Origin: Malacoraja senta
Taxonomy: Eukaryota
Direction of reading: 5' to 3'
Assembly: GCA_038087875.1 (NCBI GenBank)
Contig: CM075984.1
Coordinates: forward strand, 41,354,001 to 41,418,000
DNA length: 64,000 bases
Shown here: positions 26,776-38,845 of the stretch, one piece after another
How positions within the stretch are numbered: position 1 is the stretch's first letter
How the letters are laid out: each line of letters begins with the position of its first letter
Program-made: the position numbers and the translations under genes
Notes under the pieces: generated by a model
Database searches by the model: none
What the model saw: only the letters and a program-made list of their open reading frames with translations
What the model was told of the DNA's origin: nothing

Positions 26776-27745
26776 ACATTAAATTGAGAGCCCAGTCCAC
26801 TCATGACAAAATTCCTAGTCCACATTTATTATTACCATTTAGTTTTCTTCAGTGATGTGTCACAAGGGGACAGGTCAAATTTGTCTTGGTATAAAAAGGT
26901 GTTTAGTTTTACTTGCATACCTATATGCTATAATAAATTATATAATAAATATAGAATGCTATAATAAATTCTGCACACTTTAAATTTTATGGCATTTCAA
27001 ACAAGAAGTTGGGAATTGATCCCAACTTGCTTTTAATGGGTGATTCACAAAGAGCACTGCAAAGTCTCGGATTCTTAAAATAACAGCTTGAGGATATTTA
27101 AATACAAAACAGATCAGAGTGCTGTCAGTTTTATTGCTCTTGCAGAGCAGGCTTGTTGTATTTTCTTTATGGATGAACCCCCCCCCCCCCCCCCCATCAC
27201 AATGGTAAATGTTGCACGCTGGTTTGGTTCAAATCTATGTTCAGACACTTCAGTTGAAATATTCATACTGTGGGCGATTTTTACTGCTTCATGGGTGTCA
27301 CATAAGCAGACCCAAACACAAATGTCGTGTTTGTAAGGAGGGTCTCAACCCGTAATGTCACCCATTCCTTCTCTCCAGAGATGCTGCCTAACCCGCTGAG
27401 TTACTCCAGCATTTTGTGTCTATCTTCGTATTTGTGAGTGTTCTACAATTTGTGTGGAACAAGACAATTTGTGTGTTTTACAAATGTGTGGGAGTAAATT
27501 AAAATGTTGGTGCAACGCGATTTAGGCAGCATCTAGAACTAATATTTTAGGCTATGAATCATTCATCACAACTTTTAAGAAGAGAGCTATTAGACCTTAA
27601 AGTGCAGAAGGGGAGAGGTGTGAAGCTTAAGGCAGAGAGGAGAGACTACGCACAATCGATCTGTGTTTGTGAAGCATCAAGACCTAAATTCTTGATAAAA
27701 CAACATTGACCTGAAACATAAAGCACAAATTTCTCTCTCCACAAG

Positions 27746-28026
27746 GGGCAGCACAATGGCGCAACGGCAGAACTGCTGCCTTACAGCGCCAGGGACTCAG
27801 GTTCGATCCCGACATCGGGTGCTATCTGTAAGAAGTTTGTAAGTTCTACCTGCGACCGTGTGATTTTTTTTTGCACATTCCAAGGCCGTGCTGGTTTGTA
27901 GGTTAATTGGCTTCTCCAAAATTGTCCCTATGTGTGTAGGATAGATCTAGTGTATGGGTGATCATTGGTCGGCACGGACTCGGTGGGACAAAGGGCCTGT
28001 TTCCACGGTGCATCTCTAAACTAAAC
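27746..28026 (+). mobile_element. HE1-like SINE
   Basis: tRNA head GGTTCGATCCC and CTCTAAACTAAAC tail. Confidence 0.8.
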
Positions 28027-28874
28027 TCTTAAGTTGAGTTTCCACAAATTTCTCTTTTTGCTCAGATTTCCAGCATTCATTCACACTGCACCACTTTTCC
28101 AAAAGTTTGGAAATGTTCAAATATATAAAACATTTTTCATGCTTTATATCACTCAAATAATTAGTTTCTACGATTGATGCATTTTACTTCATTTGGAATT
28201 TATTTGGAAGGAGGTAGGGGATATACATTAAATCCTGCCATTATTATTATGGGAAATTGCCTCAGTTTCAGAGTATGTGCTCCTATAAAAACTGTAGAAC
28301 CACCTGCTTAAGAAGCTTTTCATTTCTGAAATTTAATCCACGTCTGAGTGCAAATGAAGTATTATATTAAAACTTGGATAATATTAAAACTTGGGACAAT
28401 AATATAAATTGAGCGATTAGATCACAACTCAAATTGTCAAACAGAGTTCATACAGTTGAGAAAGCTAAAAAGGGGGTTCTGAAGAAGGGTCTCGACCCAA
28501 AACGTCCCCCTTTCCTTCTCTCCACAGATGCTGCCAGTCCCACGGAGTTACTCCAGCATTTTATGTCTATCTTAAACATAAAATAAGTTTGGAAACAACA
28601 ATACTCAATTGCAAAACATGGCCTTTAATTTAACCCCATTGTTGGCAGTCCAACACAGGGCAGACAAAGGCTGGTTTGTAGCAGAGCTATTAAAAATTCC
28701 CATGGTGCAGTCAATGATGTTCAAGAAATAGGATTTGCAATATATTGTTGAGCCATACAAGCAGCAGCTTTATCAGGTAATATGGAATGCATGTGATAAA
28801 AATGGGTGCAGATTTTATCATGAAAATATAATTCATTTCTCCTGCCAAGTTCAGGAAGTTAAAAATGGACTTAC

Positions 28875-29016
28875 CATGATGCCAATGGTTTTTTGTGCTG
28901 CACCCGTTTTAAAGACCTCAGCAATTTCTTTTCTTTGTTTCTCTGTGAATTTGGGTTGGTTTCTCTGCAACACTTTCAGCTTTACCCTGTCCTCCTTCAA
29001 AACTGTTACAATGTCC
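28875..29016 (-). CDS. PER2: PER2 exon 22, CRY-binding coiled region (RDIVTVLKEDRVKLKVLQRNQPKFTEKQRKEIAEVFKTGAAQKTIGIM)
   Basis: aatcag acceptor, gtaagt donor, 142 nt; VLKEDR..L..LQ..QP.FTE.Q..E Period_C motif. Confidence 0.93.
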
Positions 29017-31171
29017 CTGATTTGTAAGAAAGAAAGGCATGCTGATTATACTGCACTGGGAGATAATAAATATTATAAAAAAAACATCAGCAATACATGT
29101 GCTTGACATATGAATCTCAGCCATCTCTCTACAAAATGATTGGTATCAAGGTAAGGCAAAGTCACTCAGAACTAGAATTTCACTGCACAATCCATGCATG
29201 GTGGTTAATGCATTTTTCATTTTAATGACCGTGTAACCCATTTAAAACAATCAGTTAATGCTCCAGATAAAGTGAAGAATAAACCTGAAGAGAATTGGAA
29301 GCAGACGAACACATTAAATGTTCAAATACTGGAATCACACTTAAGCACATCTTAAATTCAGGATTGTTGCTTAGGGTTAGGAATCAGTTTAAGTCAAAAG
29401 GTTGAGGGTGATGGGTAATTAGAACTAGCGGCAAGCTAAAAGATGGGCACCAGAGCTTTGAGCAGCCCAGTTTAAAAAGAGTCGAGGGAAATGCTGTCCT
29501 GATGACATAGGAAAAGTTAATTTGTATGAGCGTTTCAGTAGCAGATGGACTGCTACTCGAGTAACGTAAAGAGTTGGAAACAGGAAGCCCACTGATGGCA
29601 CAGAGATACAAGGTCTCAGGATCAAATTCCAGATAAAATTGACCTTTTATGCAGCAGTGTTTCTATTTCATGGGCCAAAGACTGGGTTATTAACTTTAAT
29701 GGTTAATGTTGGCTGAAAAGTAGTGCAGAAATCAGACATACAGCTACAGTACATATAATTTATTATGAAATAGATAGTGCAGAATGATTCTCTTGTCTTT
29801 AGATTTCAGAGGGCTATGAATTATTTAATGTTATGCTGGATCTTTGTATTATCTGAAACCCAAAGATCAGATTACAGGTCTTGCAATTAGATTATTACCT
29901 TGTAAATACAATTGGGCATCTTTTACTCTTCGGACAAAATTGGACTCGGAGATTAAATTATTTAATCACTGCCAGGATTAGAAATCCCGTAAGGTCCCCC
30001 GACAGAATAGTGTTACTGACGCAAACCTTGAACCTTAAAATAATTAGTTGATCTCACCCAGGGCAAAGGCTGAAGCACCACAAACATGGAGAGGTCCTCG
30101 AGGGCAATGAAGTAGAACTTTCAAAATAGCTCAGAGATACATCCACTAATTGTCATTTGGTGAACTTGGCCTTGAGTGTGCATGTGGGATGAAAACTAGA
30201 CTCGACTTAGATTGGATGTCCTCCATGGTTGAACAAACTACCAGCCACCTACCAGCTAAACCACATGCCAGTGTGTAATAAGTTAATGTAATAAGAGAAC
30301 TGCTAGCAATCGAGGAGACGTACTACAGAAAGGAAAAGCACCTTCACCACAAGGGGAAAAGTGGAGATTGAATTAAAAATTCTATTGAAGTGCAACTCTG
30401 ATAACCTGCCATCTAATTCCTGGATTCACCAACATCATTGCTCACCAGGCCCAGACTCCCATGCTCTCTTTACTTTCAGATTCCCAATTCCCTTTTAAAA
30501 CTCACAGGGTTCACTGGAAAAATTATGCCACTATGTGACATCCAAAACAAGTGAAGTGTTTTGAGGTAATAATGAGAGTGATATCCAAAAGAAAAATCTC
30601 AATCTAGCACCAAGTTCCAACTGTGCTGTATTAACAAAGTTTTATTGTATTCGAAGCACTGCCCAGAAAACATGAACCAAGGCCATACTATAAATACGTT
30701 CTTTCTGGTCAGTGCAATTCCAATTCTCATACCCTCAAAATGAATACTTTTGAGTATTCTCCCTGTAGGTTTTCCCTGCATTAAACTAAACTTCTTGTTC
30801 TTCTTTCCTTTCTGCAGCCACGACTTTGTTGAACATGGGCCTTGGCGGGTCAGATGGCATCATTGATTGTCTGCCTGCCTATTATTGTATGGGCTTTACT
30901 TTTATTTCTGTGGAGTCAACAGGAATAGAAAGTGAGCTAACCATGTGGGACTAGCCCAGAAGCAAGCGATAACTGAAAACTCTCTCCATACAAATGATAT
31001 AAATATTTCTGCCAGTGGCTACCAATTGCTTCCCACCATGTCCTAGGATACACTTGGTCTGGTCCCGGGGATTTTTCTTCTTTTGTATGTATTAACACCA
31101 CAGGCACCTTCTCTTCTGTAATGCAGATCTCTCGAAGAGATCATTACTAACCTCTCTAGCATCTTTCCACC

Positions 31172-31893
31172 AGGGGCGCCAGGGCGATGGCTGCCCTGCC
31201 GGCAGTCTGTTCGTTTTTCCATTCTTTTTGTTATTTTTTAGTGTTTAAAGTTTGTTTGAATGTTCTTCGGTTTGTTTTATGTGGGGGAGGGGGGAGGGGA
31301 TCGGGTGATTTTTTTTTTCAAGTTCCTACCTTGCCGGAGATGTGGTTAATTTTCAGATCACATTCTCTGGCGTGTTCTGTGGCCTTCCATCGCTGGAGCT
31401 GGAAGCCTCCTCGGACTGTGAGCCCCACCGCAGGGCGCGGACTTAACATCGGAGCTGATCCCTTGCCTGGGATCGCTCCCACCGCAGACTTTACCATCAA
31501 GAGCTTGCAGTCGGGAGAGGCTGGTCGGGAGCTCCAACGTCACAGAAGGTTCGACCAACCCCGACGCGAAGTTCGATCGCCCAGCGCGGGGGAGCTGACA
31601 CCCCCCCCAATGCAGGAGCTGATCGCCTCGACGCAGAGGGCCCGAACGCCGCCGGCTACGGGAGTCAAGATCGTCCCGTCAACGGGGGCTCGAGGCCCAA
31701 GACCGAGGAAGAACTAAGGGAAGGGACTTGTATTTCGCCAATGAGGAATGTGTAGGAGTCACTGTGGTGGATGTTCATGTTAAAATGTGTTTTTGAGTGA
31801 TCTGTTGCTTTTAAGTGTATGACTGACCTGGCCAATGAAATTCCTCGTATGTTGCAAAACATACTTGGCGAATAAAGTGTGATTCTGATTCTA
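31172..31893 (+). mobile_element. Unclassified interspersed repeat with GC-rich body and AATAAA/(TGATTC)n tail; related copy at about 54510-55345
   Basis: Shared 5' GGGGCGCC..TGGCTGC, T-rich tract, TTATGTGG..GGGGG..GGGG and GC-rich body in both copies. Confidence 0.5.
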
Positions 31894-32079
31894 TGTCTTT
31901 CTACATTGTGAAGCCAAACAGCAAATATTCATTGAACACCTCACCCATTTCTTTGGTTCGATGCGTACATGACCTTATTGATCTTTAACCTCTCCCTAGG
32001 TACTCTTTCGCCTTAAGACAGAACAATATGGAGAGCCTTTGAAGTTGGAGTCAACACAATTGGGATTTTGGGCACTTAC

Positions 32080-32179
32080 CTGAATGGTAGTTGATAGGTC
32101 ATCATGGTTCTCGCGTCTATTTTTTCATTGTCAGAGTCGTTGCTTCCAAAATATTTGCTGCTGCTCAAGCAGCTACTAC
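32080..32179 (-). CDS. PER2: PER2 exon 21, shortened (GSSCLSSSKYFGSNDSDNEKIDARTMMTYQLPFR)
   Basis: attag acceptor, gtaagt donor, 100 nt with phases 1 and 2 correct; SKYFGS and MMTYQLP Period motifs. Confidence 0.92.
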
Positions 32180-32504
32180 CTAATCATGACAAACAAAGAA
32201 AAACAAAGGCAAGATAAGCATCTATTGCCTCCCCCAAATTGATCTGGAGAATTAGGCTCTCCACCTTTCACTTTATTTGGCTCTCCACTTGAGCCACCTT
32301 CTGGAACTGTTGCAGTCCTTCTGGTTTGGTTTATTTTGGAGATACAGCATGTTCACAGGCCCTTTGGCCCGAGTCCATGCCAAGCATTGATCACCCGTAC
32401 ATACTAGTTGCACGGTATTCCACTTCCCCATCCACTCCCTACATATTAGCTGCAAGTTTACAAAGGCCAGTTAACGTACAAGCCCACATGTCTTTGGTGA
32501 ATAT

Positions 32505-33228
32505 CAGGGTTTGTACACTTGGAACAGCTTTAAATTCGAGGACTTTAAGGACTTAAGGTCCAAAAATCCAATCTTCAAGGACCAAAATCCAGCAAACATT
32601 GATGGTTTATTGGAGACTTTTATATAAATTGCTTCGTATTGGATGATTTGATTCTGTACCAAATAAAAGTAAGAAAGAAGGTTGGTTGGTCTCCATCTCA
32701 AATTTGATTGAAAATCATGTTTTGCACACCTCTGGTACAAAAAGCACAGCAGAAAAATCAACTTTCAATTCAAAGTTCCTTCGAAGTCATGAATATAGCT
32801 CGAATTATTGCCAAATGCCTATTGGAATTTGGAGTTGAGACCTTGTTTTCTGTTGTGTTACTTGTGTGCTCTGATGTACAGACACTGATTTTCAGGGAAA
32901 TCTGAGAAGGTGATCAGTCAATCCATTAGTCCTGGTTGCAGAGAACGACACTAAACTACATAATAATTACACACAAGATGGTTAACCTATCTATATTCGT
33001 ACTTCAATAGAGCACTGATGGTCCATTTACTCATCTCTTGGTTGTTCAATCTGAAACCATAATGGAAAACTTTGTTTTTCAACGAGTCCCTGCAAACCTG
33101 TACTGTCCCTGCCTGCTTCAAAGTCTCCACTATTTCAATGACTTTCAAGGACCCATGATAAATCCAAGGACTTAAGGCCTTGAAAACAGATTCAAATTCC
33201 AGGACTTTCAAGGACCATACGAGCCTTG
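32505..33228. mobile_element. Degenerate non-autonomous DNA transposon (hAT-like ends) with subterminal AGGACTT(T/C)AAGG repeats
   Basis: CAGGGTTTGTAC at the left end, decayed ATACGAGCCTTG at the right end, repeated subterminal motifs at both ends. Confidence 0.4.
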
Positions 33229-33529
33229 GAAAATGCTTTGCCATCTCCAACCATTGCCAGAGTGTTGCCATGGTCGGAGATGTATTCTATTAAACAGGTT
33301 AACTCCTTCCAGAGCAATAGATGGTCTGATCTAATGTGCTGTTTATTTATTTTTGTCACCCAACCCCAAGCAAAAGCAACCCATCAGTTAACTTACACAA
33401 GCTCTTAAGCAAAGAAAACCATGGGCGACATGGATCTTTTGTTTAAAAAAAAAGAATAGATCCACTGATAATTCAGACAGTTGTTAGTGTTACATTATGG
33501 GTTAGGTTAAGACAAAAGGACAAAGTTAC

Positions 33530-33704
33530 CTGTGTCAGTTCCGGACATTCCACAACCATTGGACGGAGAGCCCGAGGAGCCGGACCTTGTCGATTCCATA
33601 CTCCCCGAGCCGGCAGAGCCGACGTCTGACTGCAATAACAGCTTCAGCATGTCAGTAGAAGTGGAGTGAGAGTCACTGTTCTGGGCTTCAGTAGGGGATT
33701 CATT
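33530..33704 (-). CDS. PER2: PER2 exon 20 (NESPTEAQNSDSHSTSTDMLKLLLQSDVGSAGSGS...)
   Basis: ctaaag acceptor, gtaact donor, 175 nt; QNSD..STS..LLxLLL and SG-rich tract. Confidence 0.92.
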
Positions 33705-34731
33705 CTTTAGAGAGCAAAAAAAAACCATACAATATGTTCACACCAGACAGGCAATATATTATTAATTAAAATGTCAAATTGCTGCATAGTGAATTAAAAG
33801 AATAAAAGAATTGCTACAGACATTTTGGACATGGTATACAGCACATGGCGTTACTGAGTAATGGGGTATCAGTCTTGTGTATCGTCAGGATAATGTAGGC
33901 TAACAATACTGTCTAGGAGACAATACGATGGACCACAAGTTAATGGCAAATGTCTAAACATTGTTGCTTATTCATCTTCTCACCATGAAAAAACAAAGTA
34001 CGGGGAAGGGGGGGGTTGGAGGAAGTGAATTAAAAAGGGTGCAACATATGCAATTTAAAAATAACGCAGGAAATTATAATGGAGAAGTATGGATGACATT
34101 TTTTTTTAAATGGGTCAATTTTAAATCCTTGTCCCATTTAAGAGTTTTTCCAGACACAATGTTTTCTCCCCACTTTATTCTGGGACAAAGAGCTTTAGAG
34201 ACTGGGCAATTGGCATCATGCGCCATTGCAGTCGATTGCTGACAGCCAGGGGATCAGTTGGTGTGAGTGGCATGGAAGTGTCAGGTCTATAGATTAGTGG
34301 TTGAATGTAGAGTCGTTGGAAGATGGCAATGGGGGATGGGTGCTAGAATTGAGGGAGTGAATTGGATCGGGAACAGGTAGGGGAGGGAATGAAAGGGTTA
34401 CAATGAAGGAGTGGGCAAGTTCAAATCTGTTTCCAGAACAGGACCTCACAGATTGGGAGTGGTCCCCTTGGCTAATGCTGAAGACCTCAGGAGTACGATG
34501 AATATCTTCTTCTAAACAAGCGCTCACATCTATGGGTGAGCAGGCGCACATCAAAATCCCCCTAGTAGAAGTGGCAGCCAGGCACAATTCATGCACAAAT
34601 GTATCAGATGCAGGGAGGGCCCAGAAGGAAAGCTCAGAGACTTTATTCTATTTACACTGTCCTCAATTTTCTCGATTTATTTTTCTCAGAAATTTAATCC
34701 AATTATTGTTTATAATTTGTACGCCACTTAC

Positions 34732-35426
34732 AAGATCTGCTTCGTCCTTTGCAATGGTGCCCACATTTGTACCGTTCATGTTGCTTGTCATTACTCTTCG
34801 GTCCGCCATTAATTCATTTCCAGCTACAAGTCCAATTGCTTTCGTAGATCCGGGCCCCACATCCAGAAGGTTCAGCTGCAAAGGTGAAATGGACCTAGAA
34901 TGGAAATTTGGAGGGGAAGTGTGGCCTTGTTGCCCTTGACTCCCTGGTGCAGGCTGGTCACGATACTGCGGTGCAAAGGCTGGCGGAGCCTTGAATAAAT
35001 TCCATGCAGGTAAAAAGTTTGGTTGCGAAGGGAATGGCGGCTTACTTGCAAAAATTGGCTGGTGCGCCGTCTCGGGTCCCGGAGACATGATGTAATTGGG
35101 CAACACAACTGCCACCAGCGGGGATACGAGTGGCGCGGAAAATGGTGGAGTCTGAGGATTGTAATGAAGAGCCTGAGCAGCAAAGTTGGCCAGAGATGGG
35201 TCAGCTGCAAAAGGCATGCCTCCAGGGGTTGGAAACATCGGCAGCTGGTAGGTAGGTATGAGTGCAGTAATTGGTGCGGGCCAAGGGTGGAGTCTATGAT
35301 TGGTTCTTCCGCTTGCCGCGCCATCAGATGATCCTTGCTGCTTGATGCGCTTCGTTTTAGGCTTCCTATTCTTCCCGCTTTTTTTGTGCCCGGGCTCTCC
35401 ACGGTTCCACGCAAATCCTCGAGAGG
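34732..35426 (-). CDS. PER2: PER2 exon 19: NLS (KKSGKNRKPKTKRIK), proline-rich region, SRSISPLQLNLL
   Basis: tttgtag acceptor, gtaagt donor, 695 nt, phase 1 to 0. Confidence 0.93.
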
Positions 35427-35869
35427 CTACAAAGGAAACAAATGGGACTTGTAAGTATTTGCTTCTAACCTTATTCTGGACATTTTTATATTGAAAGGTT
35501 GATGAAAGGAGTGACATAGATATTGGTCCCACAACTCCTGAAATTAACTGTTTAAAATTGAAGCTCAAACAAAGATTCTCCACAATTCAAACTTATTTTA
35601 GCAATCAGAGACAAGACATTGGCAGATCGTCCAAGAAGCAGTTTATAAAAGTTCCATGAAGGCAACTGGAATGACTATAACAGGCAAGGCTACATGAGAA
35701 TTTAACAAAACAAAAACAAAAACCATAGGATAATATGCTAAATTTAGCCCGAAATGAAACATGGTACATTGATCCTCAATTGCCTCTTCTCGTAGATAAT
35801 ATACAGCAACACATTTTGTATGCTTACAAGTAAAATTAATTTAAAAACCCCTTATTTGTAAAATCTTAC

Positions 35870-36136
35870 CACGATCCCTTGAATATTCTTTGTGCCGATA
35901 TTGCAAAGAGGATTTGCAAGTAGCTCCAAATGGTTTTAGTTTACTCAACTCCTTGAACTTGCTCAAAAATATCTGCTCTTCTTTCTGTGTATGAGCAGCT
36001 AGAACTTCTTTGGTGAGACCGAGTTTCTTGAATGCTTCCTTTTCCAGGTTCACAGAAGATGCTGTGGTGACCAGCGTAGCAGATGTCATGTTCTCTGCTG
36101 GATCTGCAATGCCAAGTCCATCCTCCAATAGGATTT
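35870..36136 (-). CDS. PER2: PER2 exon 18 with CK1-binding motif B (FKKLGLTKEVLAAHTQKEEQIFL)
   Basis: gacag acceptor, gtaaga donor, 267 nt. Confidence 0.96.
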
Positions 36137-37209
36137 CTGTCAAGATTTTAAGTTTAAAATTGTATGCGTAAGAGGGTGTTTTTTCTGCATGAAGGCAAGT
36201 GCATCAACTATAATGGCATAATAACTCCCCTAATGAGCAAGTGCTCCAGTTGGTCAGGCATGAGTTTGACCGTGGTAGCATTGCTGGAATTAGCAACCAC
36301 ACATCTGGGCATAGGAGTGGGGAAACAAATACACGTGTTGCGTGTACACACATAAGTAGCATTCAGAAACATTGTGGTATAGCCTGTGGAGCTAATATTG
36401 TTTCTTCAGAAGGGCACCTCAATTGGGAAATACAAATTACTTATGCCTCAAGAACTTACATTTTTTTAACCATAAATCACACTAAATAGCCATCACAGGG
36501 CTAAAATCACAGTAAGTTCTGTTCATTCACCATCTCGGTGCCTGATAATCTACATTGGAACCTGGCTCGCTAATAGTTCAAATTTAAAACTTTAGTTCTT
36601 CCACACAGTCTTTTCCACCTCTGTAGTCTCCTCTGGCATATTTTCCATAGTAATCCATGCTCCTCTAATTTTGGTGCTTCATTGCTCCATGTTGGAAGAC
36701 CATGTGTTCAGCTGCCAAGGCCCTAACCCATGGAACTAAAACTCTCCACCTCCATTCCAGTTTCCTAACTTAACATGTTCACAACATCTAGAAACAAGGA
36801 GCTGCAAATGCTGGTTTATACACAAAAGGACACAAAGTGCTGGAGTAACTCAGCATGTCTGCCTGACCTGCCGAGTTACTCCAGCACTCTGTGTCCTTCA
36901 CAAACTCTACCTTTTAGACAAAGCTTCTGAGCTATGGCCCTACCATCTCTTTATGTGGCCTACAATTAATGACATTTTAATCCTGTGAGATACTGCAAAA
37001 TGATTTTGCTACGTCAAGTGTGCTAAAAAAAAAAGTTGTGGGTGCTGTGAAATTATTAAATATCGCATTTATTGGTCACTAAAAATCAATATTCTTCTCC
37101 TTCCATGCTCAGGTCAGGACATTGAAGCTTCACAGAAATGCTTGCAGTGCGTGTATTAACCAACTTGCACCTCCTCTTGAGAGATCTTTTAGAACGTGAA
37201 TTTCAGTAC

Positions 37210-37368
37210 CTGCATCTGCCTGCGGTTTCTTGTCTCCCACATGAACAATGGTGCTGCTGTAACTTCCTCGACTGGTGACGCTCGCTGCCTTCCTTCGCAA
37301 GGCGCGTGGTGCCAGAAGTGTGCCAACAACTGCTCCAGAAGGCATCTTCTTTGCAGACTTTAATGGAG
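37210..37368 (-). CDS. PER2: PER2 exon 17, FASP region (ALRRKAASVTSRGSYSSTIVHVGDKKPQ)
   Basis: cttgtag acceptor, gtactg donor, 159 nt; SYSSTIVHVGDKKPQ is PER2-like. Confidence 0.95.
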
Positions 37369-37849
37369 CTACAAGGAAAGCAATTCCGCAGGTCAAATAC
37401 TCGCATTTATACTTTATCTCCGATGGATGACTTTGTGAAACATACCGAATTTGGCTTTCGATAAACACTCAGTGGTTACTAAATGACTAAGATATGTTGG
37501 GCAAAAAAATATATATATATATACAAAACTAAATAATGGAAATATTTAATAAATCAGGCAGCATTCTTGGAGATAGAAACAGAGTTAATTTTTCAGATCT
37601 TGATCAGAACTGGAATAATAATTGTTTCTTTCTTCAGAGATGCTGCGTGACATTCTGTGACCTCCAACATTTTGTTTCTAGCATCTGGGTTTGTTTTTAA
37701 AGCAATAAAGATAGGCTAATAAGCCTCAGAAACCTCATGGCACCATACAGATTAAATCTTTGAATCAAGTCAGACGTTCCGTACATTCTGTAGCTTGGTA
37801 GGTAATTTGAAACAAAACTAAACACCTCAATTTCAGACTTGGTAAATAC

Positions 37850-37956
37850 CTTTACAATCATTCACGATATCAACTTTTCGTTTGTCGTCATCCGATGGCG
37901 ATGAAGAACCACACTTCCGTTTTGTAGTCCACGGAATATTGTAGCTATCCAGATAT
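37850..37956 (-). CDS. PER2: PER2 exon 16 (RYLDSYNIPWTTKRKCGSSSPSDDDKRKV...)
   Basis: tttgcag acceptor, gtattt donor, 107 nt; RYLxS..KRKC motif. Confidence 0.9.
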
Positions 37957-38587
37957 CTGCAAAAATACCAAAGTAACAAAAATCAACGAGGTAACAGAAA
38001 AGAGAGAAACAGACTCATTCGACATATTATTTAATCATTTTTCTCTCAACTTTAAAGCAGTATTCTGGTGTATCTAAAAAGGGCACAAGACAAAAGTGTG
38101 TATGTGCGTTTTAAACAGTGATGAAGCAAATATTTTCTGATCTTACAAGTCAAAAGGGTCAATGTGGCTCAATGGTGCCGTCTCGCCCGACTCAGCAGGC
38201 CATCAGGCTAACTTCTGAACATAGTTGATGCTTCAGTGTGGCATTGAAAGTGTGCCACACTGTCGAACGTGACTTGTTTCAGGTAAAGCAATAAACCTTG
38301 GATGTAAAAGATGCCGTGCATTTTTTACACTGAAATAGCAGAGGATATCCAAATCTATATACCTGCCACCTTCACATGAGCAAAAGGATTGATACATTTG
38401 CCGAAAAGTCAACTACCATGATTCAAAGGAGGCTCAATATGTGTATGTTTCAACTTTTACGTCGCATGCTACAATATTTAAGCTGATTAAAACTTGTGTT
38501 TTATTTTAAACTTTCTTGTTTGAGCTCTGGGTACTCAGCCTGCTGGTTGCCATTACTATTGCTGAGCCCAAGATTTCTACTGGAGCT

Positions 38588-38845
38588 GGTTTTAGTTTTA
38601 AGATGCAGCACGGCAACAGGCCCTTCGGGCCACCGAGTCCAAACTGACCAGTGATCACTCATACCCTCGTTCTATCCTGCACACAAGGGGGGGAATTTAC
38701 AGAAGCCAATTAATCTGCAAACTCGCACGTCTTTGGAATGTGGGAGGAAACCGGAGCACCCGGAGAGAACCCATGTCGTGTCAGGCAGAACGTCCAAACT
38801 CCATGCAGACGGTACCCAAGGTCAGGATCGATCCAGGTCACTGGG
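38588..38845 (-). mobile_element. Diverged HE1-like SINE
   Basis: V-domain GTCTTTGGAATGTGGGAGGAAACCGGAGCACCCGGAG on the plus strand. Confidence 0.7.

Noticed and set aside
31187-31717. 176-aa ORF and similar ORFs at 54534-55126
   Set aside because: They lie within a GC-rich interspersed repeat and show no protein motif.
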